A stretch of 64,000 bases of DNA from Monocercomonoides exilis PA203 (GCA_001643675.2 LSRY02000033.1:434001-498000), one strand, 5' to 3'. Shown: positions 1 to 11,288, counted from the stretch's first letter. Numbers and translations are program-made. The notes: generated by a model from the sequence alone, not told the origin.

Positions 1-32
1 TTGTCCTTCAACAAAATTCTAAACATGATCAA

Positions 33-3000
33 TTGAACTTACAGGAATTTTCTCAAACGTTGGCCGCAATTAGAAATGAGTATGTTGGTGAGATGGATGA
101 ATCAGATATATTTATGAATGTTCCATGTGAATCTATGATGAGCACAAAATATTTTATAAATTGTTCATTTACAAATTCTCGTTGCAAAACGATTGACGAT
201 GATAACAACACAATATTAGATCTTTTCTCGAAAGAAAAGAACGACACACATTTTGCGGAGAATGAAAACTTCAGTCAAAACAATTTAATAAAGAGTAACA
301 CCATCAAAAAACAGAATGTTGGATCTGTATACGTTTCTGTAGAAGGAAATGATGAAAATTCTTGTGAGACGCAACAAGATTCTTGTGAATCAATAAACAG
401 AGCTAAAGAACAATTGACTGAGATACCAAACATAATCATTATAATCAACACTGGAAAAGTGATTAATGAAATAACATTAGAAGATACAACATTACAGCCT
501 CAAGCAGATTTAAATTATGTAGCAATACAAGTATCATTAAATAACTATCAACAATCACAATTTGGATTATTAAACTTTAAAGGAATATCATCAATTTATT
601 GGACAAAAATAAAAGTAGGTCCGACGATCCATCACGAAGCGTTGATTTATGTGGAAGAGGGAGAGCTGAGGATCAGGAATGTTGGAGTTGTGGAAGAAGG
701 GACGGGCGGGCTTGAGTTTGCGATAGGGATGATTGGGGCGGGGAGCGGAACGATTGAATCAGTGACGGTTGAAGGGCTGAGCTTTATGTCAGCGGTGTTT
801 GCGGTGCTGGAAGGAGGGTCTGTGAGTATGAAAGGGGTGACGCTGAGCAAGTTGGGGATTGGGGCAGCAGACAAAAAAGCGAGTGCGATTGAATTGGCGG
901 TTGGGGAAGGGCAGACGGCTACGATTGAAGGGTGCAAATTTGAAGAGATTGATGGGAGCACGATTACAGAAGGGAAAGGAGGAGCGATGAATGTGAGACT
1001 GGCTGGAAGCGGAAAACTTGAGGTGAAGACGACATCGGTGGTGAAATGCAAAGTGAATGAGGAAAGCGGGCGTGGAGGTGGGATGTATGTGCAGCTTGAA
1101 GACGGGTCAGGGAACGATTACAAATTTAATCTGGAGAAGATGGAAAATAATGGAGGGTTTAAAGGGCGAGACATATATTTGTCAGCGGAAGACTTGAAAA
1201 GTGCAGCATTGAGGAACAAGTTTGATTTTGGGATTTGGGAGGAGAGTTATGACCGTGTGAATGCGCTGTATGGAGAAGATCGTTTGAGAGAAGAGAGGGA
1301 TGTTGATTTGTTCGCGCTGTGGGAATACACGGGGAGCGATGTATACATTGGGCAGAGCGGGAAGGATATTGACTATTGTGGAGCGCACGATGATCCGTGC
1401 AAAAGTGTAAACTACGGAACGAAGCATCTGAAAGGAGGGGATAAACGGCTTGTGATTATTGATGAAGGAGAGTTTACCGACGAGTTCAGTGCTGAAGATG
1501 TTTCGATGGAGGGGGAAAGCACAACGGAGATGAAAGGTGTGAATGTTGTACTGGAAGAGAAAGCAGGAGCGACGAAGGGAGGGATGACGAGCAAAGGGAT
1601 ATCGAAGGTTGAATGGATCAGATTCAAAGTAGGTCCGACGATCCATCACGAAGCGTTGATTTATGTGGAAGAGGGAGAGCTGAGGATCAGGAATGTTGGA
1701 GTTGTGGAAGAAGGGACGGGCGGGCTTGAGTTTGCGATAGGGATGATTGGGGCGGGGAGCGGAACGATTGAATCAGTGACGGTTGAAGGGCTGAGCTTTA
1801 TGTCAGCGGTGTTTGCGGTGCTGGAAGGAGGGTCTGTGAGTATGAAAGGGGTGACGCTGAGCAAGTTGGGGATTGGGGCAGCAGACAAAAAAGCGAGTGC
1901 GATTGAATTGGCGGTTGGGGAAGGGCAGACGGCTACGATTGAAGGGTGCAAATTTGAAGAGATTGATGGGAGCACGATTACAGAAGGGAAAGGAGGAGCG
2001 ATGAATGTGAGACTGGCTGGAAGCGGAAAACTTGAGGTGAAGACGACATCGGTGGTGAAATGCAAAGTGAATGAGGAAAGCGGGCGTGGAGGTGGGATGT
2101 ATGTGCAGCTTGAAGACGGGTCAGGGAACGATTACAAATTTAATCTGGAGAAGATGGAAAATAATGGAGGGTTTAAAGGGCGAGACATATATTTGTCAGC
2201 GGAAGACTTGAAAAGTGCAGCATTGAGGAACAAGTTTGATTTTGGGATTTGGGAGGAGAGTTATGACCGTGTGAATGCGCTGTATGGAGAAGATCGTTTG
2301 AGAGAAGAGAGGGATGTTGATTTGTTCGCGCTGTGGGAATACACGGGGAGCGATGTATACATTGGGCAGAGCGGGAAGGATATTGACTATTGTGGAGCGC
2401 ACGATGATCCGTGCAAAAGTGTAAACTACGGAACGAAGCATCTGAAAGGAGGGGATAAACGGCTTGTGATTATTGATGAAGGAGAGTTTACCGACGAGTT
2501 CAGTGCTGAAGATGTTTCGATGGAGGGGGAAAGCACAACGGAGATGAAAGGTGTGAATGTTGTACTGGAAGAGAAAGCAGGAGCGACGAAGGGAGGGATG
2601 ACGAGCAAAGGGATATCGAAGGTTGAATGGATCAGATTCAAAGTAGGTCCGACGATCCATCACGAAGCGTTGATTTATGTGGAAGAGGGAGAGCTGAGGA
2701 TCAGGAATGTTGGAGTTGTGGAAGAAGGGACGGGCGGGCTTGAGTTTGCGATAGGGATGATTGGGGCGGGGAGCGGAACGATTGAATCAGTGACGGTTGA
2801 AGGGCTGAGCTTTATGTCAGCGGTGTTTGCGGTGCTGGAAGGAGGGTCTGTGAGTATGAAAGGGGTGACGCTGAGCAAGTTGGGGATTGGGGCAGCAGAC
2901 AAAAAAGCGAGTGCGATTGAATTGGCGGTTGGGGAAGGGCAGACGGCTACGATTGAAGGGTGCAAATTTGAAGAGATTGATGGGAGCACGATTACAGAAG

Positions 3001-6000
3001 GGAAAGGAGGAGCGATGAATGTGAGACTGGCTGGAAGCGGAAAACTTGAATTTAGAGATTGTTTGTTTAAAGCATGTTATGCAAATGAAATCACAGGAAG
3101 GGGTGGAGCAATGTATATGTATTTGAATGATAAATGTGATAATTTTTACCAATTTGACAATATTGTTACTTTAAATTGTATTGCATTTAAAGGAAGAGAT
3201 ATTTATCTTAGCGCATATGATCTTAAAGCTTCTGCAATTAGAGCAAATTTTGGAGAATATTTTCAAAAAGATACTTACGATCGAACGGATGCGTTATTTG
3301 GGAGTGATAGGAAAAGCGGAAACGATGATATTGATTTGTTTTCTTTATGGGAATATCGAAATGAAGTAATATATGTTAGTTCTGATAATTCTTTTGAAGA
3401 TGATTTGTGCGGAACTTCCGAACGACCTTGTAATTCGTTGCATCTTGGTTCAAGTCATCTGAAGGGAAAAGAACAATTCAAACTTATTGTTGTGTCATCT
3501 GTTAATATTGGAGAAGATACTGACATTAGTGGAGTAGTTATAACTCCACAAGGAGAATCTCCAGAAGAGGCGCAATTGATTGTAAATATTCCATCAGAAC
3601 ATGTTCCTCCAGTGCCTGATAGATTGTTGCTTAACAGGGAAGGTAATTGTAATTTACGATTAATGAGAATTTGCATAAATGCAAACATAAAGCACAGAGC
3701 TTTAATTGAAACTCAAGGGAAGAAGCTTGAAATTGAAAAATGTTCCATTTTACCACCTGGTGAAGAATCTGTAGTTATTGAACCAATCATCATTCTTCTA
3801 AGTTCGGGATCTCTTGTTATAAATGATATGAAATTAAATACGTTTTCTTGTGCAAATGGATTTTTGAAAGCTATGTCAAAAACAACCTTGAGCATTGATA
3901 AGCTTTTATTAACAAAAGGTGCAATAAGTGATGCGGCAGCATTACAGTTACTGAGATTTGAACAGTGCGAACTCAACAATTCACAATTCATCGGATTTAC
4001 ACTTCCAACAGACAAGACGGCGTCGTTGATTCAAACAATTTTCAATTATTCCACTTTTGCGTTGAGCAACTGCACATTTGACAAAATTAAATCTGAAGCG
4101 CATGGATCATGTGGAGGATCTGTCATGTCACAGCTTCCTCTTGGCTCAAGGCTTAGCACCTCTAAATGCACATTTCGCGAAAGTTTCGTGGATGAAATTG
4201 AAGGAAGAGGAGGAGCAATCAAATTAGTTCTAACATACGAGGACAAAGACAGCTTTATATTCAAAGGAGATGAGTATAATAAAAATAAAGCGAAATATGG
4301 ACGTGATATCCATCTTACGACTCCAAATCTCAAAACTATCGCACTTCGGGAAAAGTTTGCTTTTGATCAGAGAAAAAGTGTGTTTGACAAAGAAAATGCG
4401 CTTGTAGGAACAGATTCCGACACCGGAGGTGAGATAGATCTCTTTTCATTGTGGGTTTATTCTGGGACAGACGTTTTCGTTGCAGCTGCATATGGAGAAG
4501 ACGAATTCTACTGCGGAAGAGTGTCGGAGCCCTGTGAAACCGTTTCATTTGGGCTGTCGCATTTGCTTCCTGCTCAGAGTTCTTGTCAATCTACAGATAC
4601 GCTCGTATCAACGGAGAATGAACTCGAGACAATTTCTCTCATGCAACATTTCTCTAACAGAATGAGTAAGCATTATTCGAATGAGGTTCCAACAAGGTCA
4701 ATTCGTATTATTGAAAAAGCAAGTCTCAAAAATGAGATTGACTTTACAGGAATTATAGTGACAGCGTCAACTGTTTCAAAATTAACAATCATAAATATTG
4801 CTGAAAATGATGATGCACATTCGTCACAAAGCGGATTCATGATAAACAAGGGAAACTTTGTTTGCTCTTATTTAACTGTTTCAATTGATAAGCCAATACA
4901 CCAAGCTGCATTGTTTGACTTTTCAGCTGGGACAACGGACTTGATATCTGTTAAGTTTTCGAGTTCACTAGACATCGATTTTACTCTGATATCAATACGA
5001 GGAGGGGCATTTACTGCGAATAGCATTGAAGCGAACTCATTAAAACTTCAAAAGCCATTCTTTGTGTGTGATATTGATCAAGATGCTATTGATAGCATTT
5101 TGCTTCAGAGCTTAAAATTTGATGGCATAACCGTTGAATCTCAATCACTCCTGTCAATCGCTGGCTCAGTCTCGGCTTGTATTATTGGATCAACAATGAA
5201 TTCTGTTCACTTCGGAAAGCAAACATCTTCACTTACTCGCACATCGAGTGAAACTGCAGGAAAAGCTGCATTGCCATTGGGAAGTATTATTGTTGCCCAT
5301 TTCACAAAGCAGACATTGCTGAATATATCCAAATCAACGTTCTCATCAACGGTTTCCATCGCGGAAAACAGTGCTGGATCGTGCATTCATGCCACTGTAG
5401 GATCTGTCGGAAAAGTTCAGATTGAAAATACAGAATTTTTCTCAAATCATATCAATGAAGCAAATGGAAAAGGAGGAGCTGTTTATTTTTCTTTGAGTGG
5501 CAACAATGAAAAGGGATGGTTTTCGTTACAAAAAGCTATTTTCAAATTAAATATAGCCAAATACGGAACGGACGCCTATTTTTACAGCGCAAATTTGATA
5601 GACGTCGCAAAAAAAGAACGATTTGATCTTGATTGGACAATGTATGATGTTACTGCTTCAAATGCTTTTTGTGGAACTGATGAAGCAACGTTCAAAGATG
5701 TTGAGAAGAACTTATTTGATTTCTGGTTTTACAGACAGAACAACGTTTATATGGATTCCACTGGAATTGACACTGATACATGCGGATCCAATAAAGATCC
5801 CTGCAAAACATTTAATTTTGGAGTGACACATCTTATAGGTATTAAAAGAACAGTTGAAATTGTAACATTAGTAAGTGTTGCTGGGGCTGCAACATTAACA
5901 AACACAACTGTAATACCTCAAAATTATGAATCAAACCATAACAAAGCAACTTTGGATGTAAATGTACCAAATACAGATCAGGTCCAGCATGCGCTTATCT

Positions 6001-9000
6001 CCACATGCGGGTGCAACGAATTCAAATCATTAACAATAATGATAGATTCTCATTTTGGTGCAGAGTGTTTGATTTGCAATGTTTTCGGGAATCTTACACT
6101 GACAATTCTGCAGTTTTCAAGCAAACTTGGGCAAAATGCAATTAAAGGCAAATTTATTATGTGCGAAGATGATTGCCTCTTTTTGAGCCAAGTGAAATTT
6201 GAAGATTTATCCACCGCTGGAGAACTGATCTATGCAACCTCATTTTCATCCATAAACCTTGATACAGTTAGTTTTAAGAACCTGAAATCTGATGCTTTGC
6301 CTTTGATGAGAGTATCCACAGGCCCAACGCTCTTGATCTTTAACTGTACATTTGATACAATAGACATCAAGGCAGAAACTGTTCAGGCTGATGCTACAAC
6401 AGGCGCAGTGTGTTTATCACCAGAGCAGTCTGTGTACGTTATTGAGAAATCGACTTTCAGTAAAATAACTGCACAAGTGGCACAAGGCATTAACGTTGGA
6501 AAAGGTGCGAGTTGCAGCGTTAACATGAGACTAAATGGTCATCTTTCAATAAAAGAGAGTTCATTTAAGTCAAGCGTTATTACTTCAGGTACTGCACATG
6601 AAGCTCCTGAGACGATTACTCCAAGTGGAAAAGGGGGTGCTTTGTTTATATCAACGAGCATTGATTGCACAGGAGATTTTATTTTGTATTCAGTTGATGT
6701 TGATAAAAATGCAGCTTACTATGGAGAAGATGTGTTTTTGTCTGCATATTATTTAAAAGAAGCAGCTGCCAAAAACAGATTCAATTTGAATTTTGGAGCA
6801 GATCATCAGAAAAAGAACTCACTTTGGGGTGAATCTCTGCAAGAACACAGCGCTCCTGTGAGTCTTTACACATTTTGGGAGTATTTTTCATCGACAATTT
6901 ACGTTTCTTCTGCAAAAGGAAGGAACAACAACTTGTGTGGCAAAGTTGAGGAGCCGTGCTTAACTATTGAAGTCGGACGGAGCCATCTTGAGGAAAGTGC
7001 AAAATCGTATGACTCTGCTGCTTCATTCGGAATGAGCAACAATCAGAAAGAGCTAATAGTTATGTCAGACGCTGTCCTTGGGAATGTTGTGCTGATATCT
7101 GACATATCATTCCATTCGTATGAGGATTCGGTATTAGCATCAGTGATTATTTATTACAATAAAACTGAAAGCATTTTAGCAATGATTATTAATCAGGGAG
7201 AAGCAAGCATAAAGCATCTTACTTTTCGATTGACGGGAAACGAAAGTTTGAAAGCACTAATTCATTCTGGAACCGAAGGCTTGCAAACTTCTTCTGCATC
7301 TTCAAGAGCAAATGGTGCTGAAGAAACTGCATCATTGTTATTAGAATCTTGCCTATTTGTGTGCTCAACGGCACAATCAAATGAAGTTCAATACAATTTA
7401 GTTCAAGTTACATCTGGAAGTGTAATTATCAAAGAATGTGATTGCATGGCTTCAAGGTTCCAGGCTTCTCCTTTTGTTTTGAGCGGAAATTCAGTTCAGA
7501 TTAAAAATTGCTCGTCTAAAAGCAGTTATACTTTGGGAAGCAAAGCTAATATCTCGTTTATGAGAATATCGTTGGAAAGCGATTCAGAATTTGTCATGTC
7601 TGAATCAAATATTTCCGAAATCAATTCGTATTACAGAGCTGCATGTGGAGGTTTAATGAATGTTCATGTAAAAGAAACAGGAAGCATTGTATCGATAAAA
7701 GATTCTGAATTATTCGGAATTGGATGCGAAGGAAAGGAATCAAAAGGAGGTGTTTTGTACTGTAATATCCAAGAAGCGAAAGAAACAAATTTGCATTTTG
7801 AAGCAAAATTCCATCACAATTCAGCTCAAGTGGGTAAAGATGCATATTTTGTTGCGAACTCACTTGCCGAGCAGGTTAAAAAGGGAGACTTCTTCTTTGA
7901 ATTGGATGAATCTGAGTATTCCAGAACCAATGCGCTCTATGGAGAAGACAAAGATGGGCACTCAACGAGCACAGATCTATTCACAATCTGGGAGCATCAT
8001 TCAAAGACAATTACAGTCGACTCCAAAACAGGAAACGATGCTGATCAGTGCGGAACCGAGCAACTGCCATGCATGACAATACAATTTGGCATAAAACACT
8101 TGATTATCAACAGAAGCTCTTCTGCAAGTCCACCAAAGTCTAACATTCAGATAAGCAATGAAACTTACCTTTATTCTCCTGTCACTCTTAGTGGCTTTAC
8201 AATAAGCGCAGCAAAGACCTCCTCTGTTCCATCAATTCATTTGCTGATTTCTGATGCAGGAACTGCAATAAGTCTCAAAAGAAACGACCACATTAACAAT
8301 TTTGGTGGAGATTTGGATGATGCGGCTGAAGATGCCTCGATTAAAAATGTTGGATATTTATCTTTTAAAACCGTTGTTATCAATCCTCAAGTCTCACATG
8401 TTCCAAGTTCTCTTTTTTTGTCACATCCACAAGTGGCTGGATGCACGCTTTCATTTTACAACGTTTCTTTTTATTCCGATCAGCAGGTCGGATATACGTT
8501 GCTTACAGTGAAGAATGGAATTTGCATTATTGAGCGATCTACACTGGAAATTCCATCAATGTACAAAACGCCTTTTGTTTTTACAAGCGAAACTCAAGTC
8601 GTAAATATCAGTAGTTTTAAAACAAATTCTTTAACTTTGCAAGCGAATCCTTTGATAAGTTCAGACGAGATTAAGCGTCTGAACATTGTCAATTGCAATT
8701 TTAATTCTATTACATCATCTTCACCAAAGGGAACAATTCTTCTTGCTTCTATTACAACTGGCACTCACGTTAGCCTTATTAACACCAAGTTTAACTCAAT
8801 TAATTCGAATCGTGTGAAGTCTTCATTGCTCTCAAATCATGTGCAGATTTTGTCTGAAAATGCAATTAGTGAGACACAGAGTAATGATGAGGACGATACA
8901 ACAAAAGGTGGATGCTGCCACTTCATATTGAAAGACGATGGTTTATTGAATGTGAACGATTGCAATTTCACCAAATGCACCATAAACGAAAATTATGGGA

Positions 9001-11288
9001 AAGGAGGAGCTGTCTACATGGATATTCAGCCAGGCTGCTCCAGCAAATTCCAGTACAACGGAGGTTTCTTTAAAGAATGCAAGGCTCACAGCGGAAATGA
9101 CATCTATTTGATCAGCGACAATTTGGTTGAAAGTGCCGCTCTCTCACGATTCAACTTCTCTTTAACGAAGGATTCATTCGACAGGACGAATTCAATATAC
9201 GGTCGAAATCGGGGGGATGAAGCTGACACAGACATAATCAGCACGTGGGAGTATAAAAACCCTCGGATTTTTGTATCAAAAAGTGGAGAAGACTATTCGA
9301 TGTGTGGGACTGTCGAAATTCCATGCAATCACATCGAATACGGAATTCTTCATTTGGAGTCAAACAACGGAAAACTAATTCTAATGGGCGACATCGAACT
9401 CTCTCGCAATGTGTATATTTCAAACACAGTGATAAAATCTGAAGAAACAGAAGCTCCTATTTCTGTTCGCATTGTGATCAAAGTGGCTAGCGAATCCGCA
9501 GTATTTAAAAACCTAGCGATTGCAGGAATTGAGTCTTTGAAATTGGTTATTGCAGATCCAAAGAGCTCTACAAGTATTTTGCACTCAGATGGAGCGCACT
9601 TAACTGTGGTTGATTGCACATTTTCGACAGAAATGGAAAAGATAGGAATTCCTCTTGTTACAGTAAAGGGGGGACAATTCACAGCAAACGGACTGCAAAT
9701 AGTCAACATTGTGTTTGAGAAGGATGCAAAGGACGGTAAAGCTTCAACAAATGGAGTGTGCCCGATGCTTTTTGAAGAAATAACATATGTTCAACTGAAA
9801 CAACTAACAATTCGGAATGTTACAACAGATCGACAACCATTTATTTCTGTGGATGACACATCGAATGCGAAAAAGAATTACGATGTTTTTGTCATGTCTT
9901 CATCCACTTTAGATACAATTACAGCAAATGTTGATCCGATTTCAGCACAGAAATTAGATTCTCAGTCGTTAACAAGAAAAAGCACAATGAAAAATGATGA
10001 TCCACCCTCGTCAATCACATCTGTTTCTGCGGTGTTAACTTTTCATTCGAAGCAAGGAAACAAAGCGATGCTCGAAAATTGCACGTTTTCAAACTGTGTT
10101 GCGGAACCACGCAAACAGAAACCTTCTTCAAATGAAATGGTTGACAAAGACGCAGAAGAAACAATCGGAAGCGTTGCTTCGTTTTTCAGTTCAACTATCG
10201 AAATGAACTATTGCAGAGTTATTGGTACGCAGACATCAACTGAATCTTTATCTGTCTCTTCATCAATAACCAATTCTGAATCGTCTGATTTATTTACTCC
10301 TTTGGATAGCACTGATGACAGAATGCAAAACAAGAACACAGCAAATTCTGACAATGACCAAGATTTAGAACTCTGCGGATGGACGACTGGGATGGTGTCT
10401 TTGAAGAATTGCAGTGCGATATTTTCAGAGACAGTATTCTCAAAGTCGAGTGAAGGAGCAATTTCCATGAGTTCGAAGAGCAGCTTGGACATCAAAAATT
10501 GCCAGTTTTACGACAACACTTTTTCTGTGGCGAAGTATTTGTCTGCTCGACGAAATATTCGCTGTGGAGGCGGCTCAACTTTGAATGTAGAGAATGTCAA
10601 GGCAGGAGATGGAATCGGAGTTTCTGGGACGACTTCTGCTTCGCTTTGGATTTACAAAGAGAAAGAAGGCGAAGGGTGTATCATAAAAGGCAAAGAAACA
10701 GCTGTTTTGGCTCCGTTATTCACGCCAGTTGTCACTCAGATTGTGTCAACACCAAAGGACGACTTGTATCAAATCTCTTTCAAAGGAGAATTGCTTCTGC
10801 CATGCAACTTGATGATGGAGGTTGTTGTTAAAGGATTGAATTCCACAGGTAAAAGCGAAAAAACTGTCAGATGGTCAGTGCAACAGGAGCTCACCAGCTT
10901 TGTTAATGAATACGAGGTTATTGGGCAAGTGCCTCTATCGCTCCTCTCAAACGTTAGTGAATACGATGAGGTTGTGGTGCGGCTCGTCTATGGAGAAGAA
11001 ATGGCCGAGAAGAAACGACAGACAACAACATCATTTGTACTGATTGAAGCAAAAGAATATGTACCCCCAACTCCAAAGCCTAAATTTGGCACGTCGTACG
11101 TTGTTGGCTTTGCAGTTGCCTTTGGAGTGATGTTTGTTGTGATGGTTGCTTTGATAGTGATGATCCTTGTCCTTAAAAAGAGAAGAAAGAAGAGGAGAAG
11201 AAGGAAGAAGAAGGGATTTGGTGATGATACTTTGAGACAGCATCTCATCATGAGCGAAAGTGAGTCGGTGTATCCAGGACAGCTTTAG
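33..11288 (+). CDS. Giant type-I membrane surface protein with Pmp-like/pectin-lyase (parallel beta-helix) modules; true start uncertain, possibly upstream of the window
   Basis: 3751-aa open frame ending TAG. About 9 modules start with Y(V/I)xxxGxDxxxCGxxxxPC, usually preceded by DLFxxW(E)Y, with GGA(I/M/V) and NxAxxGxD motifs. C-terminal TM helix (YVVGFAVAFGVMFVVMVALIVMILVL) is followed by a polybasic stop-transfer (KKRRKKRRRRKKK). ORF starts at TTG and has no clear signal peptide. Confidence 0.85.
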   Translation: MNLQEFSQTLAAIRNEYVGEMDESDIFMNVPCESMMSTKYFINCSFTNSRCKTIDDDNNTILDLFSKEKNDTHFAENENFSQNNLIKSNTIKKQNVGSVYVSVEGNDENSCETQQDSCESINRAKEQLTEIPNIIIIINTGKVINEITLEDTTLQPQADLNYVAIQVSLNNYQQSQFGLLNFKGISSIYWTKIKVGPTIHHEALIYVEEGELRIRNVGVVEEGTGGLEFAIGMIGAGSGTIESVTVEGLSFMSAVFAVLEGGSVSMKGVTLSKLGIGAADKKASAIELAVGEGQTATIEGCKFEEIDGSTITEGKGGAMNVRLAGSGKLEVKTTSVVKCKVNEESGRGGGMYVQLEDGSGNDYKFNLEKMENNGGFKGRDIYLSAEDLKSAALRNKFDFGIWEESYDRVNALYGEDRLREERDVDLFALWEYTGSDVYIGQSGKDIDYCGAHDDPCKSVNYGTKHLKGGDKRLVIIDEGEFTDEFSAEDVSMEGESTTEMKGVNVVLEEKAGATKGGMTSKGISKVEWIRFKVGPTIHHEALIYVEEGELRIRNVGVVEEGTGGLEFAIGMIGAGSGTIESVTVEGLSFMSAVFAVLEGGSVSMKGVTLSKLGIGAADKKASAIELAVGEGQTATIEGCKFEEIDGSTITEGKGGAMNVRLAGSGKLEVKTTSVVKCKVNEESGRGGGMYVQLEDGSGNDYKFNLEKMENNGGFKGRDIYLSAEDLKSAALRNKFDFGIWEESYDRVNALYGEDRLREERDVDLFALWEYTGSDVYIGQSGKDIDYCGAHDDPCKSVNYGTKHLKGGDKRLVIIDEGEFTDEFSAEDVSMEGESTTEMKGVNVVLEEKAGATKGGMTSKGISKVEWIRFKVGPTIHHEALIYVEEGELRIRNVGVVEEGTGGLEFAIGMIGAGSGTIESVTVEGLSFMSAVFAVLEGGSVSMKGVTLSKLGIGAADKKASAIELAVGEGQTATIEGCKFEEIDGSTITEGKGGAMNVRLAGSGKLEFRDCLFKACYANEITGRGGAMYMYLNDKCDNFYQFDNIVTLNCIAFKGRDIYLSAYDLKASAIRANFGEYFQKDTYDRTDALFGSDRKSGNDDIDLFSLWEYRNEVIYVSSDNSFEDDLCGTSERPCNSLHLGSSHLKGKEQFKLIVVSSVNIGEDTDISGVVITPQGESPEEAQLIVNIPSEHVPPVPDRLLLNREGNCNLRLMRICINANIKHRALIETQGKKLEIEKCSILPPGEESVVIEPIIILLSSGSLVINDMKLNTFSCANGFLKAMSKTTLSIDKLLLTKGAISDAAALQLLRFEQCELNNSQFIGFTLPTDKTASLIQTIFNYSTFALSNCTFDKIKSEAHGSCGGSVMSQLPLGSRLSTSKCTFRESFVDEIEGRGGAIKLVLTYEDKDSFIFKGDEYNKNKAKYGRDIHLTTPNLKTIALREKFAFDQRKSVFDKENALVGTDSDTGGEIDLFSLWVYSGTDVFVAAAYGEDEFYCGRVSEPCETVSFGLSHLLPAQSSCQSTDTLVSTENELETISLMQHFSNRMSKHYSNEVPTRSIRIIEKASLKNEIDFTGIIVTASTVSKLTIINIAENDDAHSSQSGFMINKGNFVCSYLTVSIDKPIHQAALFDFSAGTTDLISVKFSSSLDIDFTLISIRGGAFTANSIEANSLKLQKPFFVCDIDQDAIDSILLQSLKFDGITVESQSLLSIAGSVSACIIGSTMNSVHFGKQTSSLTRTSSETAGKAALPLGSIIVAHFTKQTLLNISKSTFSSTVSIAENSAGSCIHATVGSVGKVQIENTEFFSNHINEANGKGGAVYFSLSGNNEKGWFSLQKAIFKLNIAKYGTDAYFYSANLIDVAKKERFDLDWTMYDVTASNAFCGTDEATFKDVEKNLFDFWFYRQNNVYMDSTGIDTDTCGSNKDPCKTFNFGVTHLIGIKRTVEIVTLVSVAGAATLTNTTVIPQNYESNHNKATLDVNVPNTDQVQHALISTCGCNEFKSLTIMIDSHFGAECLICNVFGNLTLTILQFSSKLGQNAIKGKFIMCEDDCLFLSQVKFEDLSTAGELIYATSFSSINLDTVSFKNLKSDALPLMRVSTGPTLLIFNCTFDTIDIKAETVQADATTGAVCLSPEQSVYVIEKSTFSKITAQVAQGINVGKGASCSVNMRLNGHLSIKESSFKSSVITSGTAHEAPETITPSGKGGALFISTSIDCTGDFILYSVDVDKNAAYYGEDVFLSAYYLKEAAAKNRFNLNFGADHQKKNSLWGESLQEHSAPVSLYTFWEYFSSTIYVSSAKGRNNNLCGKVEEPCLTIEVGRSHLEESAKSYDSAASFGMSNNQKELIVMSDAVLGNVVLISDISFHSYEDSVLASVIIYYNKTESILAMIINQGEASIKHLTFRLTGNESLKALIHSGTEGLQTSSASSRANGAEETASLLLESCLFVCSTAQSNEVQYNLVQVTSGSVIIKECDCMASRFQASPFVLSGNSVQIKNCSSKSSYTLGSKANISFMRISLESDSEFVMSESNISEINSYYRAACGGLMNVHVKETGSIVSIKDSELFGIGCEGKESKGGVLYCNIQEAKETNLHFEAKFHHNSAQVGKDAYFVANSLAEQVKKGDFFFELDESEYSRTNALYGEDKDGHSTSTDLFTIWEHHSKTITVDSKTGNDADQCGTEQLPCMTIQFGIKHLIINRSSSASPPKSNIQISNETYLYSPVTLSGFTISAAKTSSVPSIHLLISDAGTAISLKRNDHINNFGGDLDDAAEDASIKNVGYLSFKTVVINPQVSHVPSSLFLSHPQVAGCTLSFYNVSFYSDQQVGYTLLTVKNGICIIERSTLEIPSMYKTPFVFTSETQVVNISSFKTNSLTLQANPLISSDEIKRLNIVNCNFNSITSSSPKGTILLASITTGTHVSLINTKFNSINSNRVKSSLLSNHVQILSENAISETQSNDEDDTTKGGCCHFILKDDGLLNVNDCNFTKCTINENYGKGGAVYMDIQPGCSSKFQYNGGFFKECKAHSGNDIYLISDNLVESAALSRFNFSLTKDSFDRTNSIYGRNRGDEADTDIISTWEYKNPRIFVSKSGEDYSMCGTVEIPCNHIEYGILHLESNNGKLILMGDIELSRNVYISNTVIKSEETEAPISVRIVIKVASESAVFKNLAIAGIESLKLVIADPKSSTSILHSDGAHLTVVDCTFSTEMEKIGIPLVTVKGGQFTANGLQIVNIVFEKDAKDGKASTNGVCPMLFEEITYVQLKQLTIRNVTTDRQPFISVDDTSNAKKNYDVFVMSSSTLDTITANVDPISAQKLDSQSLTRKSTMKNDDPPSSITSVSAVLTFHSKQGNKAMLENCTFSNCVAEPRKQKPSSNEMVDKDAEETIGSVASFFSSTIEMNYCRVIGTQTSTESLSVSSSITNSESSDLFTPLDSTDDRMQNKNTANSDNDQDLELCGWTTGMVSLKNCSAIFSETVFSKSSEGAISMSSKSSLDIKNCQFYDNTFSVAKYLSARRNIRCGGGSTLNVENVKAGDGIGVSGTTSASLWIYKEKEGEGCIIKGKETAVLAPLFTPVVTQIVSTPKDDLYQISFKGELLLPCNLMMEVVVKGLNSTGKSEKTVRWSVQQELTSFVNEYEVIGQVPLSLLSNVSEYDEVVVRLVYGEEMAEKKRQTTTSFVLIEAKEYVPPTPKPKFGTSYVVGFAVAFGVMFVVMVALIVMILVLKKRRKKRRRRKKKGFGDDTLRQHLIMSESESVYPGQL
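612..3049 (+). repeat. Intragenic tandem repeat, 1014-bp (338-aa) unit, about 2.4 identical copies
   Basis: AAAGTAGGTCCGACGATCC starts at 612, 1626 and 2640. Identity ends after GGAAAACTTGA at 3049. The ORF track shows identical shadow ORFs offset by 1014. Confidence 0.97.
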
